A DNA stretch of 63,355 nucleotides, counting the filler, from Chiloscyllium plagiosum (lineage: Eukaryota), in the NCBI RefSeq assembly GCF_004010195.1. It is 6 parts of one record of this genome, joined end to end, with 100 filler letters (N's around TTAATTAATTAA, not from the genome) between each part and the next. Parts side by side here need not be neighbours in the genome. Positions count along the whole stretch, not along the records: positions 61,922 to 63,355 come from NC_057715.1; 5 more parts are not named here. One strand, 5' to 3'. This document shows positions 62,327 to 63,355 of this stretch, piece by piece (the first letter of the stretch is position 1; each line of letters starts with the position of its first letter). The notes beneath the pieces are model-generated. The model made no database searches, was not told the origin of the DNA, and was given only the letters and a program-made list of their open reading frames with translations. The position numbers were made by a program, and so were the translations under genes.

Positions 62327-62780
62327 CTTTGGAAAAGGGGCAGAGAAGGTTTACGAGGATGTTGCCTGGTATAGAAGGTGCTAGCTATGAAGAGAGGTTG
62401 AGTAGGTTAGGTTTATTTTCATTAGAAAAAAGGAGATTGAGGGGGGACCTGATTGAGGTTTACAAAATCATGAAGGTTATAGACAGGGTGGATAGAGACA
62501 AGCTTTTTCCCAGGGTGAAGGATTCAGTAACGCGAGGTCACGCTTTCAAGGTGAGAGGTGGAAAGTCTAAGGGGGATACACGCAGCAAATACTTCACACA
62601 GAGGGTGGTGGGTGTCTGGAACGCGGTGCCAGCAGAGGTGGTAGAGGCAGGCACGGTAGATTCATTTAAGATGCATCGGGACAGATGCAGAGCAGAGGGA
62701 TACAGATGCTTAGGAATTGACCGTCAGGTGTAGACAGCGGATTTGGATCAGCTCAGGCTTTCATTGTTCTCCGTTCTTTG
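62327..62780 (+). mobile_element. 5'-truncated CR1 LINE
   Basis: QRRFTRMLPG, RRLRGDLIEVYKIM, TRGHAFKV, FTQRVVGVWN. Confidence 0.9.
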
Positions 62781-62949
62781 GTAATACAGCCTTCTCCTCA
62801 TCCACCTTATAGCCAGCTGTCTCCTACCCTCCAGCAGAGAGAGAGGGCTATCCCCACCACAGGCTGAACCGTACGGCAGCGGGAGGTGGATATGTCACGG
62901 GAAGGTCGCAGGACTCTTCAGGCTGGGCCAGGCTAATGCTTCAGAAATT

Positions 62950-63230
62950 TAGCTTTGGAACTCCCTCCAGAGCAGCTGGTGGGGTTTAAATCCCTTTGTT
63001 AGATCTGGAGTTGAAACCCAGTCTCAGTGATGGTGAGCACTGCCAGTTGTACCCCCATCTGGGTCACTAATGTCCTGTGGAGAAGGAAGTCTACCATCCT
63101 TACTGGGCTCGGTCTCCATGTGACTCCAGACCTACAGCAATGTGGGTCACTCGTTACTGCCCTCAGGGGCAATTAGGGATGGACAGTAAATGCTGTACTA
63201 GTCAGTGATACCCACACCCCGTGTCAGCAT
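62950..63230 (+). mobile_element. Old tRNA-SINE, same family as 40330-40690
   Basis: catctgggtcactaatgtcc...catgtgactccagacc...ggggcaattagggatgg. Confidence 0.65.
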
Positions 63231-63276
63231 AACAACAGTAATGATTGGTTCCCATAACAGGGTTGATGGTCAGTTC

Positions 63277-63355
63277 CGGTGAGGGTGAGGGTGAGGGTGA
63301 GGGGGGTGAAGGTGAGGGTGGGGGCAGGGGCAGGGGTGAGGGAGGGTGAGGGCAG
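63277..63355 (+). repeat. G-rich (TGAGGG)n-like simple repeat; runs off the window end
   Basis: ggtgagggtgagggtgagggtgagg...gggcaggggcagggg. Confidence 0.85.

Noticed and set aside
1..63355. CRISPR array, operon or other prokaryote-type system
   Set aside because: No regularly spaced repeat-spacer array and no gene-dense region; this is eukaryotic repeat-rich DNA.

Overview
Repeat-dense, AT-rich vertebrate genomic DNA. The repeat complement (HE1-type V-SINEs, HER1/CR1 LINEs with (TCTATGA)n or (TTCTATG)n tails) points to a cartilaginous fish, probably a shark. It is intronic or intergenic, and no intact host gene is recognisable; almost every ORF in the track is a transposon fragment or noise. 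Contents: one near-full-length CR1 LINE (esterase ORF1, APE-RT ORF2) and about 15 CR1 fragments, an older CR1/L2-group LINE family, Rex1, RTE and L1/Tx1 fragments, an internally deleted Gypsy LTR element, a probable solo LTR, PIF/Harbinger Myb-gene remnants, several SINE families and Penelope-like element (PLE) fragments (RT N-terminus, GIY-YIG end). The most interesting signal is about a dozen short, often hairpin-shaped, PLE-terminus-derived insertions carrying minimal hammerhead ribozyme motifs (CTGANGA-stem-GAAA plus a palindromic ACGT/AGCT). Several have 9-16 bp target-site duplications, and one is a 1.5 kb foldback element. Hammerheads in PLEs are established biology; only the specific families and behaviour seen here may be undescribed. 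A 705 bp inverted repeat next to a gap is probably an assembly artefact. Five 100 bp N44-TTAATTAATTAA-N44 linkers are artificial, so adjacency across them is unproven. Two weak candidate coding exons lie on the + strand. All alignments were made by eye and boundaries of degraded repeats are approximate.
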